This document shows, one piece after another, positions 1 to 7,842 of a stretch of 44,009 nt of DNA. The translations under genes and the position numbers were made by a program. Each line of letters opens with the position of its first letter. Positions within the stretch are counted from its first letter, which is position 1. The stretch comes from Candidatus Hydrogenedentota bacterium. GTDB taxonomy: Bacteria > Hydrogenedentota > Hydrogenedentia > Hydrogenedentales > SLHB01. The stretch is taken from positions 1-44,009 of the forward strand of contig JARKSN010000098.1 in the NCBI GenBank assembly GCA_029974275.1. The letters run 5' to 3'. The notes under the pieces were generated by a model. The model was not told the DNA's origin. It saw only the letters and a program-made list of their open reading frames with translations, and made no database searches.

Positions 1-110
1 CGATACATTCAAACATAGCTACGGTCATATCCCTTTAAGATTCGCCACGGAGACACAGAGTATACGGAGGAAACACGGAGAAGAACGGAAGAGAGATTCT
101 TCTCAGTAAA

Positions 111-174
111 CTTTGCGTCCTCCGCGCCTCTGCGTTCAAAAAACACCCAACGCAGAGGCGCAGAGGACGCAAAG
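111..174. repeat. Inverted repeat with 26-bp arms and a 12-nt loop, built from ~9-bp GCAGAGG-type units; may also terminate xylB transcription
   Basis: CTTTGCGTCCTCCGCGCCTCTGCGTT (111-136) pairs with AACGCAGAGGCGCAGAGGACGCAAAG (149-174) at 25/26 positions. Related units (CACGGAG, CACAGAG, TACGGAG) lie at 43-80. Confidence 0.8.
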
Positions 175-262
175 GGATAGCGCTCCACGTTGTACGGTTT
201 TTTGAAGGTCCCGTTTGTAACGAGACTATCTTCGACTTCGTTTATCTATTTAACCTCGTATT

Positions 263-1789
263 TCACACCAACTCCGCGGCGCGTTTGAAGCCCGGCGCGA
301 GCGCGGTGTAGCTGTCTTGGTAGAGATTGAACCACGCGTCGTAATGCTTGGCGTTGGCGTCGTTGGGTTTGCATTCGTTGACGACGCGGATGGTGGCGTC
401 GCAGGCTTCTTCGACGGACGTGTATATTCCTGCTTGCGGTGTCGCGAGCAGGGCCGCGCCGTAGGCCGGGCCTTCGTCGACATTGATCGTGACGAGCGGC
501 GTGTTGTTCACGTCGGCCTGGACCTGTCGCCAGAACGGGCTCTTCGCGCCGCCGCCGGATGCACGCGCCTGCGTGATCGGCACGCCCATCTCGCGCATGA
601 TTTCGAGACTGTCGCGCATGGCAAACGCCACGCCTTCGAGCACCGCGCGGGCCATGTGCGCACGGCCATGCCGCAGTGATAGGCCGATGAAGGCACCCTT
701 CGCATACGGGTCTTTGTGCGGTGTGCGTTCGCCGGTGAGGTACGGCAAGAACGTGAGGCCTTCGCTGCCGACGGGCGCCTGCTCGGCGGCGGCGGTAATG
801 TATTCATACGGGTCGCGACCGGTCTCGGCGGCGACGGCCTTCTCGGCTTGGCACAGCGCGTCGCGGTACCAGCGCAACGATCCGCCCGCGCTCAGCACGA
901 CGCCCATGACGTGCCACTTGCCGGGCACGCTGTGACAGAAGGTGTGCACGCGGCCTTGTGGGTCGAGGCTGACCTTGTCGGCGAACGCAAACACGACGCC
1001 GCTGGTGCCGACGGTCGACGAGATGACGCCGGTGCGCACGATGCCGCAGCCCACGCCGCCCGCTGCTTGGTCGCCGCCACCCGCGATGACGGGCAATCCT
1101 TCGGGAAGTCCCGTGGCCTTCGCGGCTTCGGCGGTGAGTTTACCGGTGACTTGGTCGCCTTCATACGACTGCGGCATCCACTCGTAGGGGATGTCGAGGA
1201 TAGAGAGCAATTCCTTGTGCCACGTGCGGTTCTTGACGTCGAAGAGCAACGTGCCGGAGGCGTCGGCGACGTCCGTCGCAAATTCGCCGGTCAACTCATA
1301 GCGCACATAGTCCTTCGGCAGGAGCACCTTTTTGACCTTGGCGTAGACCTCTGGCTCGTTGTCGCGCAGCCAGAGGATCTTCGGCGCGGTGAATCCCGTG
1401 AGCGCCGGGTTGCAGACCATCTCGATGAGCCGGTCCGCGCCGACTTTCGCGGTAATCGCGTCGCACTGCGCGACGGTCCGCTGGTCGCACCACAACAAAG
1501 CGTTGCGCAACACCTGGCCATTCGCATCGAGGAACACCGAACCGTGCATCTGCCCCGTGAGTCCGAGGCCCTTGACGTCCTTCACGCGGCTGCCGAGATC
1601 GCTGGCCAATTTCGCGAGCGCCTGAATTGCCGCACGTTTCCAGTCGGCGGGGTCCTGCTCGGCCCAGTTCGGTTTCGGACTGTATAGCGGATACTCGATC
1701 AACGCCGACGCCACGACCGCGCCACTCGCGTCCACCGCCACCGCCTTCGTCCCGCTCGTGCCAACGTCAACGCCCAATACGATGCTCAT
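263..1789 (-). CDS. xylB: Xylulokinase (FGGY carbohydrate kinase)
   Basis: 508 aa with the motifs GVDVGTSGTK, TGQMHG, LWCDQRT, GFTAPK, GGGDQAAG, LPYLTGERTP and SGGGAKS. Confidence 0.92.
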   Translation of the reverse strand: MSIVLGVDVGTSGTKAVAVDASGAVVASALIEYPLYSPKPNWAEQDPADWKRAAIQALAKLASDLGSRVKDVKGLGLTGQMHGSVFLDANGQVLRNALLWCDQRTVAQCDAITAKVGADRLIEMVCNPALTGFTAPKILWLRDNEPEVYAKVKKVLLPKDYVRYELTGEFATDVADASGTLLFDVKNRTWHKELLSILDIPYEWMPQSYEGDQVTGKLTAEAAKATGLPEGLPVIAGGGDQAAGGVGCGIVRTGVISSTVGTSGVVFAFADKVSLDPQGRVHTFCHSVPGKWHVMGVVLSAGGSLRWYRDALCQAEKAVAAETGRDPYEYITAAAEQAPVGSEGLTFLPYLTGERTPHKDPYAKGAFIGLSLRHGRAHMARAVLEGVAFAMRDSLEIMREMGVPITQARASGGGAKSPFWRQVQADVNNTPLVTINVDEGPAYGAALLATPQAGIYTSVEEACDATIRVVNECKPNDANAKHYDAWFNLYQDSYTALAPGFKRAAELV

Positions 1790-1816
1790 GCCGTGCGCTC
1801 CTTCTGCATTGATTTA

Positions 1817-1873
1817 CTGGGGAACCCCTTCTTGGAAAGAAGGGGTTCCCCAGACCCCTTCCCAAGAACTTTT
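1817..1873 (+). repeat. REP-like palindromic element, copy 1
   Basis: Perfect 17-bp stem CTGGGGAACCCCTTCTT-gga-AAGAAGGGGTTCCCCAG followed by the tail ACCCCTTCCCAAGAACTTTT. A near-identical reverse copy lies at 37498-37550. Confidence 0.85.
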
Positions 1874-1909
1874 GTAGGCGCTTGCGCGTGCAATGCGCAG
1901 CACGCATAC

Positions 1910-1942
1910 AAAAAAGCGGGACTGTCTGCTCGACAGCCCCGC
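1910..1942 (-). terminator. Rho-independent terminator of rpsU
   Basis: The minus strand reads GCGGGGCTGTC-gagca-GACAGTCCCGC-TTTTTT, about 30 nt after the rpsU stop. Confidence 0.75.
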
Positions 1943-1973
1943 CCCACTAGTCATATGTCTCGTCGTCCTGCGC

Positions 1974-2168
1974 TTAATACTCGCGCGGGGGCGGCGCGCC
2001 GTGCCGCGAGATGGATTTGGCAATCTTGCGACGGCGTTTCTCGCTCGGTTTCTCGTAATGCTTGATTTCTTTGAGACGTTGCAAAATGCCTTCCTTGTTG
2101 CACTTCTTTTTGAAGCGCCGCAGGGCCTTTTCGAACGGCTCATCCGACTTGACGCGAACCTTCGTCAT
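1974..2168 (-). CDS. rpsU: 30S ribosomal protein bS21
   Basis: 64 aa MTKVRVKSDEPFEKALRRFKKKCNKEGILQRLKEIKHYEKPSEKRRRK. Start moved to ATG 2168, which has a GAAGGTGA RBS. Confidence 0.96.
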   Translation of the reverse strand: MTKVRVKSDEPFEKALRRFKKKCNKEGILQRLKEIKHYEKPSEKRRRKIAKSISRHGAPPPREY

Positions 2169-2322
2169 GTAAGCTTCACCTTCCCCTCTAAATGCCGCAC
2201 GCGCGGCAGCGTTCGACCCGAAGACCCTCTTCTCCGCAGTCGTCCAGGAAGGCTGGAACGTCGCGCGGCGTTCCCAGCCTCGCCATGGCAGAAGCGGATG
2301 GTAGCACGCCCACAGGGACAAG

Positions 2323-3024
2323 TCAATTTCCCTTTAGGGCGGCATACTCCGCGTTACGCTTCTCGACCAATGCGAGAAATTCGTCGGTTTTCACGACAAA
2401 ATCATACTGGCTTTCGTGGATGCCCTTGAGGCGCGTCGACTCGCGCGCGTTGAACGTTGCATCTTCGACGCATAGCGTGATGAAACCCTTGCGCTTGGCC
2501 GAAGTCGACGTCTTGCCGAGACAGGCCTCCGTGTGTCCGCCGATAAAGACAAGATTGCGCACGCCGAGATTATGCAGCAAAAATTCGATGTTCGATGAGA
2601 TAAACGCATCCTGCGCGGTCTTCGCCATGACATACTCGCCGGGCCGCACGTCAAATGCTTCCGGCGGACGCGACCCGTTCTCGCCGATACGGCCGCCCCA
2701 CTTTGCGTAGTCCGTGCCGTGCGCCTCCAACATAGTCCTGCGGATGATGGGATCGAGATCCATCCCGTCCGGATACAGATGACCCCAATGAATGAAGACC
2801 ATCGACAATCCAATGCTACGGCATGCCTCGACAACCCGAATTGCATTCGGGCGCGCCACATCCCACCCAAAATCACTCGCCGCGTTCACGTCCCCCGCCG
2901 TAAACCCCATTTCCTTCCACAACGCCGGAAGTTCCGCGTCGCACATGCGCCCCCCGCGCCCCCCTTCCTGAAAGTCCACCGATACAAACGCACACTGCTC
3001 AAAAAAATCCGTGTCCAACCTCAT
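2323..3024 (-). CDS. Isochorismatase-family cysteine hydrolase
   Basis: VDFQ, K-x(3)-DAF and GGHTEAC motifs give the Asp-Lys-Cys triad; also VEDAT. ATG 3024 is preceded by GAGGGA. Confidence 0.82.
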   Translation of the reverse strand: MRLDTDFFEQCAFVSVDFQEGGRGGRMCDAELPALWKEMGFTAGDVNAASDFGWDVARPNAIRVVEACRSIGLSMVFIHWGHLYPDGMDLDPIIRRTMLEAHGTDYAKWGGRIGENGSRPPEAFDVRPGEYVMAKTAQDAFISSNIEFLLHNLGVRNLVFIGGHTEACLGKTSTSAKRKGFITLCVEDATFNARESTRLKGIHESQYDFVVKTDEFLALVEKRNAEYAALKGN

Positions 3025-3224
3025 GGCATATCCCTCGCACAACCGGCCCAACCTCATTCAGTCGTCTCAAAAACACCCGAACGGGAACTCTACCAAAATG
3101 GACCGCGCTACGCCACTCCTATTCCCTCTCACGCGTTGACGCCGTTGCCTGGGCTCTCCATGCACCGGAAAACTCCTGGCGGGATCAGGGCGACCTGGAA
3201 AAACCGGGATAAATACGCAAGGTG

Positions 3225-3282
3225 AGTCTGTATATTGTGGCATGTCGGCCAGTTTTTCCTAACGGAGCCCCAGATATTGTGA
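3225..3282. promoter_or_regulatory. Tandem pair of NrdR-box-like sites, 42 bp apart
   Basis: AGTCTGTATATTGTGG (3225-3240) and GCCCCAGATATTGTGA (3267-3282), compared with the NrdR consensus acaCwAtATaTwGtgt. Both contain ATATTGTG. Confidence 0.5.
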
Positions 3283-3347
3283 TGTTGGGTTCGGGCGACC
3301 TCTTCTCCTAAGCCTTTGGGCGGCAAGGAGAAAGGCCGATTTTTTTA

Positions 3348-3376
3348 TTGACAGTGGTGAAAAAGTGTGTTAGTGT
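3348..3376 (+). promoter_or_regulatory. sigma70-type promoter of the dcw operon
   Basis: TTGACA (3348-3353), 17 bp, TAGTGT (3371-3376), with a TGn extended -10 and a T-rich upstream tract. Confidence 0.75.
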
Positions 3377-3410
3377 GGTTTTGCTGTGGGGGAACGTGGG
3401 GCTCCATGGT
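3354..3410 (+). promoter_or_regulatory. MraZ-type operator of six phased GTGG-like boxes
   Basis: GTGG, GTGT, GTGG, GTGG, GTGG and ATGG at 3354, 3365, 3375, 3386, 3396 and 3406 (10-11 bp period), directly upstream of mraZ. Confidence 0.75.
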
Positions 3411-3442
3411 GACGCACAAGGGTGAGGTTCAGGGATCTAAAC

Positions 3443-3922
3443 GTGTACTACGGTGAGTTCCAGAGCCGTCTCGACGACAAAAATCGCATTACGGTGCCCA
3501 CGCGTTTTCGCGAGACGATGAACGTGCTGGGCCACGCGATCTGGCATATGACGCGTGGATTCGATGGGTGCATCTTCCTTTTCCATCAAGACGAATGGAG
3601 ACGGGTCTGTTCGTTGATCGACCGCTATCCGGCCATGGGCGCACAGGCGCTGGACTTCCGGCGGATGTGGTACAGCAGCGCCGTCGAGGTGCGGCCCGAT
3701 CCGCAGGGACGCATACCGGTGCCCGCCGCCTTGCGCGATATGGCGGGCCTGGATAAAGACGTTGTGCTGTTCGGCGTGGGAGACCATCTCGAAATATGGG
3801 ATAAGGAAACGTGGCGCACGTTTCAGCGGAGTAAGGAGGCCGAGTACAAGGCAACGGGTTCCCTGCTGCTGACCGGGGAACAGCCTCGATGGGGCGTTGC
3901 CGAGAAAGGGGTTGAGGGATGA
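3443..3922 (+). CDS. mraZ: Division/cell wall cluster transcriptional repressor MraZ
   Basis: Two AbrB-like repeats (LDDKNRITVP, DPQGRIPVP) and GVGDHLEIW. GTG 3443 is preferred (AGGGA RBS, MYYGEF start); GTG 3422 is the alternative. Confidence 0.95.
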   Translation: MYYGEFQSRLDDKNRITVPTRFRETMNVLGHAIWHMTRGFDGCIFLFHQDEWRRVCSLIDRYPAMGAQALDFRRMWYSSAVEVRPDPQGRIPVPAALRDMAGLDKDVVLFGVGDHLEIWDKETWRTFQRSKEAEYKATGSLLLTGEQPRWGVAEKGVEG

Positions 3923-4263
3923 AAGTGGATCGAGCGGAAGTGGGAAGCGTGACGGTGCTGCGGCTGGAAGGGGACCTGGACGAGAACGGCGTGGACGAAC
4001 TGCGCGGCGCACTGTATGGCTGCATCACGGACGGACGGCTGAAAATCGTGCTGGCGCTGAACGAGGTGCGGTTCATCAGCTATATGGGCGTTGGCGTGAT
4101 GGTCGAACGGCTGCGCAAACTGCGTTCGCTGGGCGGCGACATCAAACTGTCCGGCGTCAACCTATACGCCCAGCGTTTGTTCCGCATGGTGGGCGTGACG
4201 TCCTTGTTCGATGCGTACGAATGCGAGACCCAGGCGATTGGGGTGTACCAGGAAGCGGCATAG
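3919..4263 (+). CDS. STAS-domain protein (anti-sigma factor antagonist fold) with an atypical phosphosite motif
   Basis: 114 aa with VLRLEGDLD, IVLALNEVRFISYMGVGVM, GGDIKLSGV and LFRMVGV. It overlaps the mraZ stop as ATGA. Confidence 0.88.
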   Translation: MKVDRAEVGSVTVLRLEGDLDENGVDELRGALYGCITDGRLKIVLALNEVRFISYMGVGVMVERLRKLRSLGGDIKLSGVNLYAQRLFRMVGVTSLFDAYECETQAIGVYQEAA

Positions 4264-4266
4264 TCC

Positions 4267-5184
4267 GTGCACGTCCCGGTTCTCGCAGACGCGGTCCTCG
4301 CTTGGCTAAACGTGCAGCCTGGCGGCACGTACGTGGACTGCACCGTGGGCGCGGGAGGGCACGCTTCCCTCATCGCCGCACGCTTGACGCAAGGACGGCT
4401 CATCGGATTGGACCGGGACCCCAGCGCGATCGCCTTGGCGCGGGAACAGTTGCGCCACTACCCCTTCGTAACTCTGTTGCACCGCAACTACGGCGATTTG
4501 CGGCGGGTTCTCGCCGAACTTGATATCGTCCAGGTGGACGGCATTCTCATCGACGCAGGCGTGTCGAGCATGCAAATCGACGATCCCGCGCGCGGTTTTT
4601 CGTTCCAAGCGACCGGGCCGTTGGATATGCGGATGGACTCCACCGGACAGACCAGCGCGGCAGACTACTTGGCGCGCGTCTCGGAAGAGGAACTGGCCCG
4701 GACGCTCCGGACCTACGGCGATATCGGCCCCGCCCGGCGAATCGCCGCAGCGATAGTCCGGCGGCGTTTGAAAGGAACGCTGCAAACCACGCACGACCTG
4801 GGCGAAGCTGTTGGCGAAGGTCTGGGTCTTGTCCGCCGAAGGCCCGAGGAAGTCCGCACCGTGTTCCAAGCGATTCGCATCGCGGTGAACGAGGAATACC
4901 GGTGGCTCGAAGAAGGTCTCGAACAGGCCATCGACGCCTTGGCGCCAGGCGGACGAATCGTGGCGATAGCGTTTCATTCCGGAGAAGACCGGATCGTGAA
5001 AAATAGGTTTCGCGCCGCAGCGCGTCCCGTGCGGGAATACGCCCCCGACGGACGGCTCCAGCGCGAACGCCCGGCGCGGCTGCGCGTGCTGACGCCCAAG
5101 CCGGTCATGCCCGATAAAGACGAAACGCGAGCGAATCCCCGGGCGCACAGCGCCAAGCTGCGCGCGGCGGAACGAACGGCATAG
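4267..5184 (+). CDS. rsmH: 16S rRNA m4C1402 methyltransferase RsmH (MraW)
   Basis: HVPVL, VDCTVGAGGH, GVSSMQID, RGFSF, PLDMRMD, FQAIRIAVNEE, FHSGEDRIVK and NPRAHSAKLR. Confidence 0.97.
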   Translation: MHVPVLADAVLAWLNVQPGGTYVDCTVGAGGHASLIAARLTQGRLIGLDRDPSAIALAREQLRHYPFVTLLHRNYGDLRRVLAELDIVQVDGILIDAGVSSMQIDDPARGFSFQATGPLDMRMDSTGQTSAADYLARVSEEELARTLRTYGDIGPARRIAAAIVRRRLKGTLQTTHDLGEAVGEGLGLVRRRPEEVRTVFQAIRIAVNEEYRWLEEGLEQAIDALAPGGRIVAIAFHSGEDRIVKNRFRAAARPVREYAPDGRLQRERPARLRVLTPKPVMPDKDETRANPRAHSAKLRAAERTA

Positions 5185-5197
5185 GAGCGTGAGGACC

Positions 5198-5584
5198 ATG
5201 TGGAACTCGAGGCGGCGGTGTCGTAACCTGCGACAGGTTTTCCGGGGCTGCGTGAAGGCCTTTCCCTTTCTCTTCTTTCCTTTCCTGTTCCTCTTTACGG
5301 AAACCTATCTCCATCTGGAGCGCTTGAGCGGCGACTATCAGCGCATCCGGCTGAATCAGCAAATGAAACAGCTCGAAGAAGAAATCCGCGCACTGGACGC
5401 GTTGCGCGCCGAACTCGAAGGCAGGGACCGCATCAATGCGGCGGCCGAAGGCTACGGACTCGTCGAGCCGGAACCAAACCAGATAGAAGTCTTGCGCATT
5501 CAACACGTCCCGATCGCGCGAGAATCGAATTACGACTTAGCCAAGGCGAATGCCGAAAACGAATTGTCAAGAACCGCGAACTAG
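5198..5584 (+). CDS. ftsL: Cell division protein FtsL-like (bitopic, coiled coil)
   Basis: Lies between rsmH and ftsI. Basic N-terminus, one TM helix, a heptad coiled coil and RINAAAEGYGLVEP. The start is ATG 5198 or GTG 5189. Confidence 0.7.
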   Translation: MWNSRRRCRNLRQVFRGCVKAFPFLFFPFLFLFTETYLHLERLSGDYQRIRLNQQMKQLEEEIRALDALRAELEGRDRINAAAEGYGLVEPEPNQIEVLRIQHVPIARESNYDLAKANAENELSRTAN

Positions 5585-5691
5585 ATCGGTCTCAAACGCC
5601 GATCGCCCGCGATCCTTGCCGGGGCGCATGCAGTATGGCGAACAAAGCCCCGCGCGACGATGCGGCCTAGCGCAAAGGAGAGGATGGGAAG

Positions 5692-7842
5692 ATGGCCTAT
5701 CCCGGACAGGCGCCCGCAACGGGAAAGAATGCGCCGGACATTTTGACGGCGCAGCATTACCGGCGCATCCGCCTGCTGTTCTGGATGTTTTTGATTGTTT
5801 TCGTCGGCATTGGCGTCCGACTGGCCGTGCTGCAATTGAACCCGGATCACCGTTTCAGCAAGGAGGACCTCAAGCACATCGGCGAGGTGCCGCTTCTTGT
5901 GCCCCGGGGCAACATCTACGAACGGAACGGCTTGCTGCTCGCCACCGACAAGCCCTTGCCTGCGTTGTGGGCCAACCCGCACGAAATCAAGAAAAAAGGC
6001 GCTGACGCGCGCGCCTTGGCGGGCGTCCTTGCGACGCCGTTGGGGCTGGACTGGGAAAGCGTGTACGCCCGCCTGACGCAAACTTCCGCGCAAGGCGCCC
6101 CCATGAAGTTCACGTACGTCAAACAACGCTTATCCGACACGGAATGCGATCTCCTTCGCCAGCTTAATCTGATCGACGGGAAAATGCTGGCGATCCGGAT
6201 CGAACCGACGCGATTCTACCCCCAACACACGATGGCCGCGCACCTGCTGGGGTTTGTGAATCGTGAGCGCGTGGGCTGCGAAGGCATCGAGATGGGTTAT
6301 GACTCGTACCTGCGCAGCACGCCGGGAAAACGCGTCGCACGCAAAGACAACCGGCACAATTTGCTCGAATCGCTGACCCTCGAATACAAAGAGCCTGAAG
6401 GCGGCGATAACGTGTACCTGACCATCCATGCAACGCTGCAAGACGGACTCGAGCGCGGCCTGGCCGAAGCGGTGCAACAATACAATGCAGTCCGCGCGTC
6501 GGGCGTGCTCATCGATCCGAAAACAGGAGCCATTCTGGCCTTGGCGTGCGTGCCTGCCTACAACCCCAACGAGTACATGGGGGCTTCCCCGGAATTGCTC
6601 AAGAACCACGCCGTCATCGATGTGTTCGAGCCCGGGTCGGCCTTCAAAGTGGTCGCCGCCGCCGCTGCTCTCGAAGAAAAACTGATCACTCCGGAGAGAA
6701 CGATCGACTGCGAAGGAGGCATCTTCAATCCCTACGGTCATGCCATCAAAGACGTGCACAAAATGGGCGTCGAGCCGTTCTCGCAGTGTTTCGCCCAATC
6801 GAGCAATATCGCCATCATCAAGGTCGGCGCGATGCTCGGGCCGGAACGCATGGAATCCTGGATACGGACATTCGGATTCGGCGAAAAAACCTGCCCCGAT
6901 TTTCGAACCGAAACCGCCGGCATCGTTCATCCGCGCAAAAAATGGTCGCGTCTGACGATGGGCTCTCTGCCGATGGGACAGGAAATCGCCGTGTCAACCC
7001 TGCAACTGGTGCGCGCCTACGCCGCCGTGGCCAACGGCGGCTACCTCATCCAGCCTTATCTCGTTGAAAACGTTGTTGCGCGCGACGGAACCTTCACCTA
7101 CATGCACGAAGCCCCGCCGCCCAAGCGCATCCTTTCTCCCGAGACCTCGGAAATCATGAAAACGTTGTGCCACCTAGTGGTCACCGACGGCACCGGCAAG
7201 AAGGCCAACATTCCCGAATACCGCGTCGGCGGCAAAACCGGCACCGCCCAGATCGCCAAGGCCGGCGGCGGCGGATTCGAGGAGGGCCGGTATACGGCCA
7301 TTTTCTGCGGGTTCGCGCCTGTCGGCGACCCAAAAATCGCGGCGGCCATCATTGTCAACGAACCGCGAGGGAAAATCTATGGAGGTACGGTCGCCGCTCC
7401 GATCTTCAAGGCCGTTGTGCGCGACGCCTTGATTGCGCTGCATGTTCCCACCGACCCCGTCGCAACGCTCGTGGCGGAAAACGCGGCGGACGCCGACGAT
7501 GCGGACACCGTTACGGCCAAACTGGACGCGGCGCTTTGCGAACTCCCCGATGACGCTTCGGCGACCACCTTGGACGCCCTTGATCTTATCGCCTTTGGCC
7601 AGGCGCCGGTGCTGGGCGCCGCGACTCTCCCCGACCTCAAAGGCCTCACGCGCCGTCAGGCGATGGAAGCCTTGCGCATATTGGGCTTGCCCGCCGATAT
7701 CCGCGGCAGCGGATGGGTGACGTCGCAAGAGCCTCCCCCCGGGACCCCTGTGCCGAACATATCGCTGTGCCGTCTGGAACTGCGCAGCAAGAGCGAGACG
7801 AACCATGCATTGGCCCCAACTCAAAAAACTGCTGGGATGTAA
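5692..7842 (+). CDS. ftsI: Class B penicillin-binding protein FtsI with a C-terminal PASTA domain
   Basis: RGNIYERNG, RFYP, EPGSAFK (SxxK), SSN, KTGTAQ, and a PASTA-like LPDLKGLT...VTSQEPPPGT segment. Confidence 0.93.
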   Translation: MAYPGQAPATGKNAPDILTAQHYRRIRLLFWMFLIVFVGIGVRLAVLQLNPDHRFSKEDLKHIGEVPLLVPRGNIYERNGLLLATDKPLPALWANPHEIKKKGADARALAGVLATPLGLDWESVYARLTQTSAQGAPMKFTYVKQRLSDTECDLLRQLNLIDGKMLAIRIEPTRFYPQHTMAAHLLGFVNRERVGCEGIEMGYDSYLRSTPGKRVARKDNRHNLLESLTLEYKEPEGGDNVYLTIHATLQDGLERGLAEAVQQYNAVRASGVLIDPKTGAILALACVPAYNPNEYMGASPELLKNHAVIDVFEPGSAFKVVAAAAALEEKLITPERTIDCEGGIFNPYGHAIKDVHKMGVEPFSQCFAQSSNIAIIKVGAMLGPERMESWIRTFGFGEKTCPDFRTETAGIVHPRKKWSRLTMGSLPMGQEIAVSTLQLVRAYAAVANGGYLIQPYLVENVVARDGTFTYMHEAPPPKRILSPETSEIMKTLCHLVVTDGTGKKANIPEYRVGGKTGTAQIAKAGGGGFEEGRYTAIFCGFAPVGDPKIAAAIIVNEPRGKIYGGTVAAPIFKAVVRDALIALHVPTDPVATLVAENAADADDADTVTAKLDAALCELPDDASATTLDALDLIAFGQAPVLGAATLPDLKGLTRRQAMEALRILGLPADIRGSGWVTSQEPPPGTPVPNISLCRLELRSKSETNHALAPTQKTAGM

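Noticed and set aside
1..28. Possible start of a minus-strand gene (MTVAMFECI...) running off the window
   Set aside because: Only nine codons are visible, too little to support a call.
1814..2143. 109-aa ORF ending in WEGVWGTPSFQEGVPQ, and a similar ORF at 37369-37575
   Set aside because: The shared peptide is just a translation of the REP-like repeat. The first ORF also overlaps rpsU out of frame.
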